Shown here: in pieces, positions 18,722 through 28,523 of the stretch
Numbering within the stretch: position 1 is the first letter of the stretch
Layout of the letters: every line of letters begins with the position of its first letter
Source of the DNA: Patescibacteria group bacterium
GTDB taxonomy: Bacteria; Patescibacteriota; Microgenomatia; UBA8517
Direction of reading: 5' to 3'
DNA: 64,000 nucleotides
Assembly: GCA_035291665.1 (NCBI GenBank)
Contig: DATDRP010000001.1
Span: forward strand, 146,952 to 210,951
Program-made: the position numbers and the translations under genes
The notes under the pieces: model-generated
The model's database searches: none
Seen by the model: the letters and a program-made list of their open reading frames with translations, nothing else
Told to the model about the DNA's origin: nothing

Positions 18722-21517
18722 ATGGTTGAAAATAGTCAGGAATTGTCCAATAATGAAAATTTTGAAATCGATAAGATCATACCGGATAGGAAAAAGATTT
18801 CGTTCAGAAGATATTTTAATTTCATTAAACATTGGTTAAGTAATAAGGTCATAATATTAATCAATTTTCTAGTAATCAAATTTGTTAAAATTAAATCCGT
18901 TTTAAATAATCTCAAATTAAATATGTTTAAAAATAAAAAAAACCGCATGTTTAGGGGATCCCCTGACGGAAGACATAAAAGCATTTCCTCAAAAATTTAT
19001 TTTTTAACAAAACTTGCTTTTGTCGGCGTAATAATAGGTATTCTTATATTGGTAATCTCATTTCCACTGATTGCTTTGGATTTGCCTTCTCCGGAAAAAA
19101 TCATTCGCCATGAAGGTTTTTCAACGAAGATTGTCGATAGGAATGGTAAAGTTTTATATGATATTTATACTAATGAAAAAAGGATTCCGGTAAAAGTTGA
19201 AGATATTCCTGAATACCTAAAGCTGGCGACTGTTTCTATCGAAGATAAAAATTTCTATCAGCATCAGGGATTTGATCCGATCGGTATAATTCGCGGTCTT
19301 TCAAGGGCAATCACAAGAGGACGTGCTCAAGGCGGTTCAACGCTTACTCAACAGCTGGTAAAAAACGTACTTTTAACTTCCGAAAGAAGCGTTTTAAGGA
19401 AATTGAAAGAGTTTGTATTGGCTGTGCAAATAGAACGCAAATACACAAAGGATGAAATACTCTTAATGTACCTCAACGAAGCTCCGTATGGCGGAACTGC
19501 ATGGGGTGTGGAGGCAGCCTCCGAAACATATTTTGGTAAGAACGTTAGAGATTTGAATCTGATTGAATCAGCAATACTGGCGGGTCTTCCGCAGCGTCCA
19601 TCATACTACACACCGTATGGAACCACACCTGATGCCTACAAAGGCAGAACTGAGGATGTCCTGCGAAGAATGCGTGAGGACGGCCATATCAGTAAAGTTC
19701 AGGAAGACGAAGCTTTGAAAATGCTCGAATCTATTGAATTCGTCGGGAAAGGGGCAAATTTCGAAGCACCGCATTTTGTCCAATATGTTCAAAATATTCT
19801 TGAAGACAAGTACGGCTCAGACATTATCGAAAGGGGGGGGTTAAAAGTAACAACAACGCTTGACTTGGATCTTCAGAATGAAGCCCAAAAAGTAGTTACT
19901 GAAGAGATTCAAAAAGTTGAGAATTTTCATATAACAAATGGTGCAGCAGTTGTATTGAATCCCCAAACCGGTGAAATTCTTGCAATGGTAGGGTCAAAGG
20001 ACTTTCTGGCAAAAGATTATGATGGCCAGGTAAATGTCACTTTATCACTTCGTCAACCCGGTTCGGCAATTAAGCCGATAACATATATTACCGCTTTGAT
20101 GGAAAATTACACCGCCTCTACCCTGTTAATGGATGTTGCAACTGAATTCCCGGGAGGTGTGAATCAACCGAACTATAAACCTGTGAACTATGACGGAAAA
20201 TTCAAAGGTCCGATTCAAGTAAGATATGCACTCGCAAATTCCATAAATGTTCCGGCTGTAAAAATGCTGGCGATGGTGGGAATTAAAGATGCTCTCAAAA
20301 CAGCTTATGAACTCGGAATAAAGTCTTTGGAACCGACCGACGAGACGCTTTCCCGTGTCGGGCTATCTTTGACTCTTGGTGGCGGTGAAGTAAGACTTCT
20401 GGATTTAACAGGAGCATACAGCGCTTTCATGAATAAGGGTTACCGAATCGATCCGGTAGCAATTCTTAAAGTTGAAGACAGAGATGGTAAGGTTCTTGAG
20501 AAAATTGATCCTAAAAAAGGCAATCGGGTTTTGGAGGAATCGGAAGCATTCATTATTGCAAGTATTTTATCTGATAATGAAGCCAGATCAGCCGTTTTCG
20601 GATTGAATTCTCTATTAAACTTACCGGGAAAAAATGTTGCAGTAAAAACAGGAACAACAAATGACAAAAAAGATAATTGGACAATCGGGGGCAATTCAAA
20701 TGTGATTGTGGGTGTATGGGTGGGAAATAACGACAACACCTCAATGAAACAAGTGGCATCTGGTATATCCGGTGCATCACCTATTTGGCATCGAATTATC
20801 CTGAAAGCGCTTGAGGGTAAACCCAATGTATCCTTTGAAGTTCCTTCTGATATTGTGACTGCTGCAGTTGATAAAATATCCGGGTACAAGGAACATGATG
20901 GATTTCCCTCGAGGATTGAATATTTCAAAAAAGGAACAGTTCCCGGTGAAGATTCTGTGCATGTCAAGCTGAAAGTTTGTAAAAATGACGGTAAGTTGGC
21001 AACACCTTCTGATATTGCAGGCGGTAATTATGATGAAAAGGAATACCTATCCTTCAAGGAAGAGGATGCTACTGGCGGTATTGACGGTATAAACAAATGG
21101 CAGGAAGGAATTTTAGCCTGGATTGCCGGGCAGAATAACCCTATGTACAATCCGCCTACTGAATATTGCGGTTCCGGTAATCCTGTTAATGTTCAAATAG
21201 TAAGTCCTGAAGACCACTCAAATAACTTGCCGGGAAATTTTAATTTTGAAGCAAAAGCAAGTTCAACATCGAACATTGTTGAAGTAAAATTTGAAGTTGA
21301 CGGATCAAAACTAATCACTTTTGTATCTCCGCCCTACAAGCAGGATGTGAATCTTAATGATGGCATTCATGAATTAAAAGTTGTTGCAAAAGACGAAAAA
21401 GGAAACGAATCGGATAGAACCATAAAGATAGGAGTTGGAGTCCCTTGGGATTATTCACCTACACCGGTACCTACCGCGACCTCAACACCCACTCCATCCC
21501 CTTCCCCCACTCCCTGA
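18722..21517 (+). CDS. penicillin-binding protein 1A (bifunctional glycosyltransferase/transpeptidase)
   Basis: GT51 motifs EDKNFYQHQG, GGSTLTQQLVKN; transpeptidase SAIKP (SxxK), KTGTT; C-terminal beta-rich extension ending in a PTPVPTATSTPTPSPSPTP linker. Confidence 0.95.
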   Translation: MVENSQELSNNENFEIDKIIPDRKKISFRRYFNFIKHWLSNKVIILINFLVIKFVKIKSVLNNLKLNMFKNKKNRMFRGSPDGRHKSISSKIYFLTKLAFVGVIIGILILVISFPLIALDLPSPEKIIRHEGFSTKIVDRNGKVLYDIYTNEKRIPVKVEDIPEYLKLATVSIEDKNFYQHQGFDPIGIIRGLSRAITRGRAQGGSTLTQQLVKNVLLTSERSVLRKLKEFVLAVQIERKYTKDEILLMYLNEAPYGGTAWGVEAASETYFGKNVRDLNLIESAILAGLPQRPSYYTPYGTTPDAYKGRTEDVLRRMREDGHISKVQEDEALKMLESIEFVGKGANFEAPHFVQYVQNILEDKYGSDIIERGGLKVTTTLDLDLQNEAQKVVTEEIQKVENFHITNGAAVVLNPQTGEILAMVGSKDFLAKDYDGQVNVTLSLRQPGSAIKPITYITALMENYTASTLLMDVATEFPGGVNQPNYKPVNYDGKFKGPIQVRYALANSINVPAVKMLAMVGIKDALKTAYELGIKSLEPTDETLSRVGLSLTLGGGEVRLLDLTGAYSAFMNKGYRIDPVAILKVEDRDGKVLEKIDPKKGNRVLEESEAFIIASILSDNEARSAVFGLNSLLNLPGKNVAVKTGTTNDKKDNWTIGGNSNVIVGVWVGNNDNTSMKQVASGISGASPIWHRIILKALEGKPNVSFEVPSDIVTAAVDKISGYKEHDGFPSRIEYFKKGTVPGEDSVHVKLKVCKNDGKLATPSDIAGGNYDEKEYLSFKEEDATGGIDGINKWQEGILAWIAGQNNPMYNPPTEYCGSGNPVNVQIVSPEDHSNNLPGNFNFEAKASSTSNIVEVKFEVDGSKLITFVSPPYKQDVNLNDGIHELKVVAKDEKGNESDRTIKIGVGVPWDYSPTPVPTATSTPTPSPSPTP

Positions 21518-21550
21518 TTTTATGGTACAATTCACAAACTAAAATATAAC

Positions 21551-21796
21551 ATGGAAAAAATAAATGATGGCATCGATTCGGATAAAGTCGCAAAGGAAAA
21601 TTTCCGTAAAAAATTAATTGTCGAAGTTGCATTAAGGCGGCACAGAGGGATTACACAACATGTATTCAGTAAATTGACTAATGAAGAGTTAGAAAATTCT
21701 TCAAAATCAGTTGATAATATAGAACTTATCAAGACTCCCGATGGTGAGGTTGCAGGATTCAGGATTGTTGATCATAAAAGGAACCCTGAAGAGTAG
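21551..21796 (+). CDS. hypothetical small protein
   Basis: 81-aa ORF with ordinary composition in the gap between PBP1A and pheT; no SD. Confidence 0.3.
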   Translation: MEKINDGIDSDKVAKENFRKKLIVEVALRRHRGITQHVFSKLTNEELENSSKSVDNIELIKTPDGEVAGFRIVDHKRNPEE

Positions 21797-21797
21797 G

Positions 21798-23708
21798 TCA
21801 AAGGCTCTTAAGTATTTTCTTTCTAATTTCTTCGATCTCTCCATCTTCCAACGTTTTATTTTCGTCAAGATAATAAATCTTAAGAGTAATATTGTCTTTG
21901 TATTTACCAACATATTCAATGCGGTTTACCCTTTTATCAGATTTTAGGATTTTTGCGACGATATCTTTATAAAGAAAACCAGCCTTTTGAGTTATTGTCA
22001 GATCTTCGATTTGGGGAGGGTGCTTGGAAATTGGATCAAAACTTATATAGTCCTTTTCCAAAGATAGAAGTTCGGGAACGTATAATTCAATAACAATTTT
22101 TCCATCATCCATAATTTCAAAATAGCCCAATATTGCTTTCCCGGCATTAATATTAAATATTTTATAGTTTGACTCCATTTCAATTTCAAATTCAATTTTC
22201 AGCTCTTTTGATAAAAATGTTTCAATGATCCCCTTAACGGAAGTGTACCTATAACCGTCAAAAACCATTCCTAAGGTTAGTTTTTCTTCAGGAAGTTCAT
22301 CTTTCTTTGGTATGTAGACATTTGATAGTTCATATAAAAATATATTATCGTATTGGCCTTTATTCGATTGAACCGCTTCAAGAAGTGAATTTTTCAAATT
22401 ATTACGTAAATATTTTGTATCTGATCCGAGCGGGTTTTTCAATTCCAAACTGCTTTTATTGTCAGTCAGTTTATCCGATACAAGAGATAACGTAAACATT
22501 TCGTTACCTCCTAATGCTTTTAAAATGTTTTTTATTTTCCATTCAAAAGGAAGACCCGATTTGAATAAAGGATCCGGAATCTTTCCTTCCATGAGATTGG
22601 AAGGCAAATTATGATAGCCGTAAATTCTGGCAACTTCTTCGACAATATCTTCAGGAATTTTTACATCGTTAAGCCTGAAAGAAGGAACGGTTACAGAAAG
22701 ACGATTCCCCTTCCACAAGCAACCGAAACCCAAACTGGTTAAATATTTGGTAATATCATCTTTTGCTATAGCAATGCCGAGTCTTTTATTTATGAATTCA
22801 TCAACTAAATCAATTTTAGTGACCTTTGGTTTTACTAAATATTCATCATAGATTTTACTGTCAACTTTAACTTTACAAATATTTTTATAAAGCTCAATTC
22901 CTCTTAACAACGCATCCTCGGAAAGCATCGGGTCAACTCCTTTTTCATTTATCATTGCCGCAACTGTACGTATTCCCAACGTCATTGATGTATTCCGGAT
23001 TCTGACCGGATCATTGTTATCGATAAAGAAAAAAATGCGTTTTGTGTTTCCGTCAACGACTGAATTTTTGGTACCGATAATTCCCGGTAAGTCAATAATT
23101 TCACCATCTCCGTCGTCAAAAACAATATCACCCCCCGGAAGGGAATAGGTTTTACCATCGAAACTGGTTACTTTTTCACCCTTAGACGATTCTCTTATGA
23201 CAAATTTTGCGTTTTTTATTTTATCGTAATCGAAAGCATGCGATGGTTGACCGAGTTCGAGCATAATATAGTTTGTAACGTCTACGAGTGCGTTCAGAGA
23301 CCTTAGACCGGACACTTCTAGACGTTTCTTCATCCATTCAGGAGTTTGGCGGTTTTTTATATCCGACAAAACTACTCCCATTGCCCGATAAACAAGTTTT
23401 TCTTTATTTATAATTGTGAACGGAAGCTTATTTCCGACCGTTTGAGGCTTTTTTGTGTTTTGCTTTTTCAGTTTTGCACTGATTCCGAAACGGGGTAGAA
23501 TAGCTGCGCATTCTCTGGCAAATCCATATATCCCCACCGTATCAATTCTATTTGTTGTAATTTCAACATGATATACAAAATCACTTCCGATTTTTTCTAC
23601 TTTTTCTATGGAAGGACCACACAATGAAATGTATTTTTCAATTTGCTTCGGTGTCGCCTTTGTAATAAGGAATTCCCTGAGCCAATTATCTGAGATTAAT
23701 ATATCCAT
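21798..23708 (-). CDS. pheT: phenylalanine--tRNA ligase beta subunit (short form)
   Basis: MDILISDNWLREF start typical of PheT; B3/4 and B5 regions; 636 aa, so lacks some accessory domains of the ~800-aa bacterial form. Confidence 0.9.
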   Translation of the reverse strand: MDILISDNWLREFLITKATPKQIEKYISLCGPSIEKVEKIGSDFVYHVEITTNRIDTVGIYGFARECAAILPRFGISAKLKKQNTKKPQTVGNKLPFTIINKEKLVYRAMGVVLSDIKNRQTPEWMKKRLEVSGLRSLNALVDVTNYIMLELGQPSHAFDYDKIKNAKFVIRESSKGEKVTSFDGKTYSLPGGDIVFDDGDGEIIDLPGIIGTKNSVVDGNTKRIFFFIDNNDPVRIRNTSMTLGIRTVAAMINEKGVDPMLSEDALLRGIELYKNICKVKVDSKIYDEYLVKPKVTKIDLVDEFINKRLGIAIAKDDITKYLTSLGFGCLWKGNRLSVTVPSFRLNDVKIPEDIVEEVARIYGYHNLPSNLMEGKIPDPLFKSGLPFEWKIKNILKALGGNEMFTLSLVSDKLTDNKSSLELKNPLGSDTKYLRNNLKNSLLEAVQSNKGQYDNIFLYELSNVYIPKKDELPEEKLTLGMVFDGYRYTSVKGIIETFLSKELKIEFEIEMESNYKIFNINAGKAILGYFEIMDDGKIVIELYVPELLSLEKDYISFDPISKHPPQIEDLTITQKAGFLYKDIVAKILKSDKRVNRIEYVGKYKDNITLKIYYLDENKTLEDGEIEEIRKKILKSL

Positions 23709-23743
23709 ATACGAAAATATTTAATTACTAATTTCATATTCTT

Positions 23744-24772
23744 TTAGAATTGTCTTAGGTATCGTAAATCTGTACTATAAAGCTGACGTAAATCAGGAAT
23801 ATTAAGATTCGGTTTCATCATCAAAACGCGCTCAACTCCCCAACCAAAGGCGTAACCTGTGTATTTTTGAGGATCGATTCCCCCCTCTTTTAGGACATTG
23901 GGGTGCACCATTCCGGATCCGCCCACTTCCAGCCAGCCAGCTTTACAAAGTTTACAACCGGCTCCCTTGCAAACAGTACAGGAGAAATCGACTTCAAAAG
24001 ATGGTTCCGTGAATTGAAAATGATATGGCCTGATCCTGGTCTTTACATCGGGACCGTAGAATGATTTTGCGAAATAATCAAGAGTCCCTTTAAGATGTGT
24101 TATATTTATACCTTCATCAATAACAAGACCTTCAAATTGATGAAACATCGGATAATGTGAGATGTCAGATTGTCTTCGGTAGCATTTGGCAATATTTACC
24201 ATTCTAACTGGAGGAGTTTTAACTCGCCACATTTCCCGGACTTGTCCTGATGAAGTGTGCGGAGTCAAAAGCATTGCCCCGTACTTAGGATTTGGTTTTT
24301 CGTCGATAAAAAAAGTTTCCCATTCATCCCGTGCCGGATGTTTTTGCGGGAAATTTAAAGATCCGAAGGCAAAATAATCCCATTCAACTTCCGGGTATCG
24401 CATACGGGTAAAGCCTATCCGTTCAAAAATATTCGTAATTTCTTCTATAGTCTTGCTTATTAAGTGAATTGTACCCAAGTTTTTCTTTTTTCCCGGAATT
24501 GAATAATCAAATGGTTGTCTGGCTTTCGTTTCTTTTAAATCGGAGAGTTTATTTTCAATTGTATTTTCAATTGTATTTTTTGTTTCATTAATTAAGATAC
24601 CGATTTCCTTTTTTTCATCCGGTAATAGATTTTTGAGAACTGTAAGAAGCGAGTTAACTTTACCGTTCCTGCCGAGATAGTTAATTCGTAATTCCTCTAA
24701 TGTATCCGTTGAATCGGCATCCAAAATTCTTGAAATTGCTTCATTTTTAATACCGATAATATCTTCTCTCAT
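23744..24772 (-). CDS. pheS: phenylalanine--tRNA ligase alpha subunit
   Basis: Class II motifs: FRPSY-like ...FTEPSFEVDF..., GWLEVGGSGMVHPNVL, GFAFGWGVERV. Confidence 0.95.
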   Translation of the reverse strand: MREDIIGIKNEAISRILDADSTDTLEELRINYLGRNGKVNSLLTVLKNLLPDEKKEIGILINETKNTIENTIENKLSDLKETKARQPFDYSIPGKKKNLGTIHLISKTIEEITNIFERIGFTRMRYPEVEWDYFAFGSLNFPQKHPARDEWETFFIDEKPNPKYGAMLLTPHTSSGQVREMWRVKTPPVRMVNIAKCYRRQSDISHYPMFHQFEGLVIDEGINITHLKGTLDYFAKSFYGPDVKTRIRPYHFQFTEPSFEVDFSCTVCKGAGCKLCKAGWLEVGGSGMVHPNVLKEGGIDPQKYTGYAFGWGVERVLMMKPNLNIPDLRQLYSTDLRYLRQF

Positions 24773-24877
24773 ATAAAAAACTCTCCTAACTAATATTAGC
24801 TGGAGAGTTTGGGAAATACAAAAAACCCCGTCCAGCTTATCAAATATTAAAGCTAAAGCCGAGGAGAATTATAATCA
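24773..24877 (-). promoter_or_regulatory. pheS leader with alternative hairpins (SD-sequestering or terminator-like)
   Basis: Minus strand: ...AGCTGGACGGGGTTTTTTGTATTTCCCAAACTCTCCAGCTAATATTAGTTAGGAGAGTTTTTTATATG. CTCTCC/GGAGAG hairpin + U6 contains the only SD (GGAGAG). AGCTGGA can pair alternatively with TCCAGCT, which overlaps the 5' arm. Confidence 0.4.
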
Positions 24878-25222
24878 TTATTTTTCTTTTACGGAAGAAA
24901 CAATCTTTTCGAATGTTGTTGGATCTTTGATTGCAATTTCTGATAATATTTTTCTGTCTAAACCGATTTTTTTATCACCTAAGGCTTTAACGAATTTTGA
25001 ATAATTCATACCATGTTCTCGGACCGCTGCATTGAGTCTTGTGATCCAGAGTTTCCGTAAATTACGTTTCTTATTTTTTCTTCCGATATAAGCATGTTGT
25101 CCAGCATGAAGAACTGCGTCTTTTGCCGATTGTACACGTTTGCTTCTTGCCTGTTTGTACCCGCGGGCAAGTTTAAGTGTTCTTCTGTGGTTCCTTTGTG
25201 ATGGTGATTTAACTCTGGTCAT
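24878..25222 (-). CDS. rplT: 50S ribosomal protein L20
   Basis: MTRVKSPSQRNHRRTLKLARGYKQARSKRVQSAKDAV... Confidence 0.95.
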   Translation of the reverse strand: MTRVKSPSQRNHRRTLKLARGYKQARSKRVQSAKDAVLHAGQHAYIGRKNKKRNLRKLWITRLNAAVREHGMNYSKFVKALGDKKIGLDRKILSEIAIKDPTTFEKIVSSVKEK

Positions 25223-25226
25223 AGAT

Positions 25227-25421
25227 TTATTTTCCTAATGCTTTTTTTACTTTCTTCGCGAATGTTTTTTTTGAAACAATCATGCCGCTTAACCTTCTTT
25301 TCCGCTTTGAGGATTTTTTTTCATTCAAATGACGTCTGAAGCTCTGACCACGCATAACTTTTCCGTTTTTTGTAATACGCAGGCGTTTTGTCAGAATCTT
25401 TTTTGTTTTTAATTTAGGCAT
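25227..25421 (-). CDS. rpmI: 50S ribosomal protein L35
   Basis: MPKLKTKKILTKRLRITKNGKVMRGQSFRRHL. Confidence 0.95.
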   Translation of the reverse strand: MPKLKTKKILTKRLRITKNGKVMRGQSFRRHLNEKKSSKRKRRLSGMIVSKKTFAKKVKKALGK

Positions 25422-25443
25422 ATGTAAAATCTTAACTCAACAG

Positions 25444-25995
25444 TCACGATTTTACATCGTCTGAGGCTTTTTTGGAAGAAGATGTTGCTGAAATGCTCAT
25501 AATGAGGTGTTTTCCCAAGAATTTGGGTTCCATGTCAACTTTTACCCGCGGCTTTAAATCGGTAAGTAGTTTTTGGAGAAGATCATAGCCGAATTGCTTA
25601 CTGCCTAGCTGTCTGCCTTTAAAAACGACTGCTACGCGTATTTTATTGCGATCGTCGAGAAATTCATTAATTCTTTCAAGCCGGACATTATAGTCATGCG
25701 GCCCAATAAAAGGAGTAAAACGGATTTCTTTAAGTTCTCCGGCTTTACTGCCCTTTTTTTCTTTTCTGGCTTTTTTGTCTTCAAGATATTTGAGCTTTCC
25801 GAGTTCTGTAATTTTTGCAACAGGTGGTTTTGCCATTGGAGCTATTTCTACAAGATCAAACCCTTCTATTTCCGCATGCTTGAGAGCATCCTGCAAACTC
25901 ATGACGCCTAGCTGTTTACCTTCGGAGCTGATGACCCTAAGTTCAGAAGCACGGATCTGATGATTAATTTTCCAGTTGATTTTAGATTTTTTCAA
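25444..25995 (-). CDS. infC: translation initiation factor IF-3
   Basis: INHQIRASELRVISSEGKQLGVMSLQDALKHAEIEGFDLVEIAPMAKPPVAKI; conserved thrS-infC-rpmI-rplT order. Confidence 0.9.
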   Translation of the reverse strand: MKKSKINWKINHQIRASELRVISSEGKQLGVMSLQDALKHAEIEGFDLVEIAPMAKPPVAKITELGKLKYLEDKKARKEKKGSKAGELKEIRFTPFIGPHDYNVRLERINEFLDDRNKIRVAVVFKGRQLGSKQFGYDLLQKLLTDLKPRVKVDMEPKFLGKHLIMSISATSSSKKASDDVKS

Positions 25996-26089
25996 TTTTT
26001 ATTATTTTTTTCGACTTCGGCTGAAAAATACTTCCAATTACAATTATTTTACTAAACTCTTTGTAAATAGCAACAATATCTTTGTAAAT

Positions 26090-27880
26090 TTATCTCTTCA
26101 GGTCTGATTTCCAAATTACTTTATCTTCAATTTCCTTTTTAATATTTTTTATAAAGATATCAAGATCGAACGGACCGTCCACTTCTCCTGACCTGGCTCT
26201 TTCTGTAACTGTCTTATTTTTTACTTCTTTGTCGCCAACAATCAGCATATAGTTTACTTTTTGATTTTGTGCATCACGGATTTTTGCACCCAAAGTTTCA
26301 CTTCTGTCGTCAAGTTCGGTTCGTATATTTTCGGCTTTCAGTCTATTGACTACAGATTCTGCATAAGACAATTGCCTATCGGTAATCGGAAGAACTTTAA
26401 CCTGAACCGGAGCTAGCCAGGTTGGGAAATTGCCTTTGAATTTTTCAATCAAAAATGCCATAGTACGCTCAATACAGCCGATTGCAGCTCGGTGAATAAC
26501 AATCGGTTGAACATCTTTTCCGTTTTTGTCGATATATTTAAGGTCAAATCTTTTTGGCATAACGAAATCATACTGGACCGTGAAGGCTGTTTCTTCCTTT
26601 CCGTTTACTTTTTTAACCTGAACATCAATTTTGGGTCCGTAAAAAGCAGCTTCGTTATCAGCTTCGTAGTAAGGGGCTTTTGTATCAACGAGTACTTTAC
26701 GGAGAATTGCTTCAGCCTCATCCCATTGAGCGTCGTCTTTATAATATTTTTTATTATCTTTCCTGTCACCCAACGACAATCTAAAAAGGTAATCAACACC
26801 TTTTACCAAACCTAAGGTTTGGTTGGCATAATCGATAAGATCCAAGACGGATTTTATCTCATCTATTGCTTTTTCTTTCTGTATGAAGATGTGAGCATCG
26901 TTAAGAGTAAACATTCGTACACGAACTAAACCTGATAGCTCTCCACTTTTCTCATATCGGTGTTGTGAAGCCATTTCTGCATACCTTATGGGTAAATCCT
27001 TATAACTGCGGGTATCTGACTTGAAAAGCATAAAATGATGCGGACAAGTCATTGGCCGAAGGATGAGCTCTTCATCGTCGACTTTCATCACCGGATACAT
27101 TGTGTCTTTGTAATAAGGATAATGACCCGACATCCTGTAAAGATCCGTTTTTGCCAACGGCGGAGTAATAACGTGTTTGTAGCCGCGTTTTATTTCTTCG
27201 TCGACGATAAACCTTTCCAATTCCCGCCTGATTGTTGCGCCTTTATCCGTAAGAAGGGGTAATCCTTTCCCAACAAGATCGGAGAAGGTAAAAAGGCCTA
27301 GTTTTTTACCGATAATTCTGTGATCTGATTCTTTTGCCTCATCAAGAAGTTTGAGGTGGTCATCGAGTTCTTTTTGCGAAAAGAAAGCAGTGCCGTAAAT
27401 ACGGGTCAGCATTTTATTTTTTTCAGACCCCCGCCAATAAGCTCCGGCAATAGAAAGCAGTTTGAAATATTTAAGATTTTTGTCAGGATGTTCGATGTGG
27501 CCTCCTTTGCAAAGATCCCAATAATTCCCGGATTTGTAAAAACTAACTTTCATTTTTCCGTTTTCTGAAAATTCATCTATCATTTCATGTTTGTAAGGGT
27601 TATCAGGGTGTTCTTTTTTTGCATCGTTAGCCGACACAAGATGTTTAACAAATCCTTTCCATGAAGGTTGAATTTTCCGCATTTCGCCTTCAATTTTCGT
27701 AAGGTCTTCATCGGAAATCTTTATATTGTCAAAATCATAATAAAACCCTTCCTCAATTGCAGGTCCGATTGTAGGTTTTGCATTCGGATACAGCTTCAAA
27801 ACCGCAGCAGCCAGGAGGTGGCTTGCGGAATGTCTTAAATGCTCAAGATTTTTATTCTCTTTGTGAACTTTTGTTTTCAT
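26090..27880 (-). CDS. thrS: threonine--tRNA ligase
   Basis: Editing domain LRHSASHLLAAAV, class II core, C-terminal anticodon-binding domain. Confidence 0.95.
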   Translation of the reverse strand: MKTKVHKENKNLEHLRHSASHLLAAAVLKLYPNAKPTIGPAIEEGFYYDFDNIKISDEDLTKIEGEMRKIQPSWKGFVKHLVSANDAKKEHPDNPYKHEMIDEFSENGKMKVSFYKSGNYWDLCKGGHIEHPDKNLKYFKLLSIAGAYWRGSEKNKMLTRIYGTAFFSQKELDDHLKLLDEAKESDHRIIGKKLGLFTFSDLVGKGLPLLTDKGATIRRELERFIVDEEIKRGYKHVITPPLAKTDLYRMSGHYPYYKDTMYPVMKVDDEELILRPMTCPHHFMLFKSDTRSYKDLPIRYAEMASQHRYEKSGELSGLVRVRMFTLNDAHIFIQKEKAIDEIKSVLDLIDYANQTLGLVKGVDYLFRLSLGDRKDNKKYYKDDAQWDEAEAILRKVLVDTKAPYYEADNEAAFYGPKIDVQVKKVNGKEETAFTVQYDFVMPKRFDLKYIDKNGKDVQPIVIHRAAIGCIERTMAFLIEKFKGNFPTWLAPVQVKVLPITDRQLSYAESVVNRLKAENIRTELDDRSETLGAKIRDAQNQKVNYMLIVGDKEVKNKTVTERARSGEVDGPFDLDIFIKNIKKEIEDKVIWKSDLKR

Positions 27881-28094
27881 AATAAAGTTTATAAAATTTT
27901 ATCTTCTTAAAACAAAAAAAGCGTCCTTAAGAAAATTTGCGGGACTCCGCATCTCGGATCAAAACCGACTCTGCGGGGGGTTCCATCCCACTTTCCATAT
28001 AGGACACTTAATTACGTTTAAAGCTTTGAGGTTGGTTGAGTCTCATGCAATCGCTTTATATTCTTAATATATTACGATCTACTACAATTGTCAA
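27881..28094 (-). promoter_or_regulatory. thrS leader: promoter plus structured 5' UTR with terminator-like hairpin (T-box-like candidate)
   Basis: Minus strand TTGACA(28094..28089)-17-TATATT(28071..28066). About 180-nt leader contains GGGATGGAACCCCCCGC (resembles the T-box consensus AGGGTGGNACCGCG) and GCGGAGTCC...GGACGC followed by U7, 30 nt before the ATG. Confidence 0.4.
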
Positions 28095-28099
28095 AAAAG

Positions 28100-28279
28100 T
28101 TATTTAGAATCTTTTCCTTTTTGATTTGTTGTTTCAACTCCCCTGACAACTTTATTAGAGACTTTAAGTCCTTTTAATGCCTCATCTTCGGTAGGTCTGG
28201 TTAAATCCAAACTCCCGCTAGCTGAAGTTTCTACAGTATATTGACTAACTACTGCCTGTTCAGTCGATATTCTTGTCAT
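28100..28279 (-). CDS. hypothetical small protein (59 aa)
   Basis: ATG at 28279 preceded by strong SD AGGGGGTG (10-nt spacer); MTRISTEQAVVSQYTVETSASGSLDLTRPTEDEALKGLKVSNKVVRGVETTNQKGKDSK. Below the ORF-track cutoff. Confidence 0.4.
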   Translation of the reverse strand: MTRISTEQAVVSQYTVETSASGSLDLTRPTEDEALKGLKVSNKVVRGVETTNQKGKDSK

Positions 28280-28523
28280 TATTCTTACACCCCCTAACTA
28301 AATATATATTACGTTTAAACCTATCACCTTCAGTATTATACATAATTTTTATGTAATATGAGGTACCCCGACCGATAAATAGTATAAAGAATGAAGAATA
28401 TAGTAATAGCGTATTTGACAATTTACGTTATTTTCGATACTCCCATGTCACATATAATGATATATGTGACATGATATAGTATACAGGGAGTTATATAGGA
28501 AAAGGGTAAAAGGTGTTGATTAA

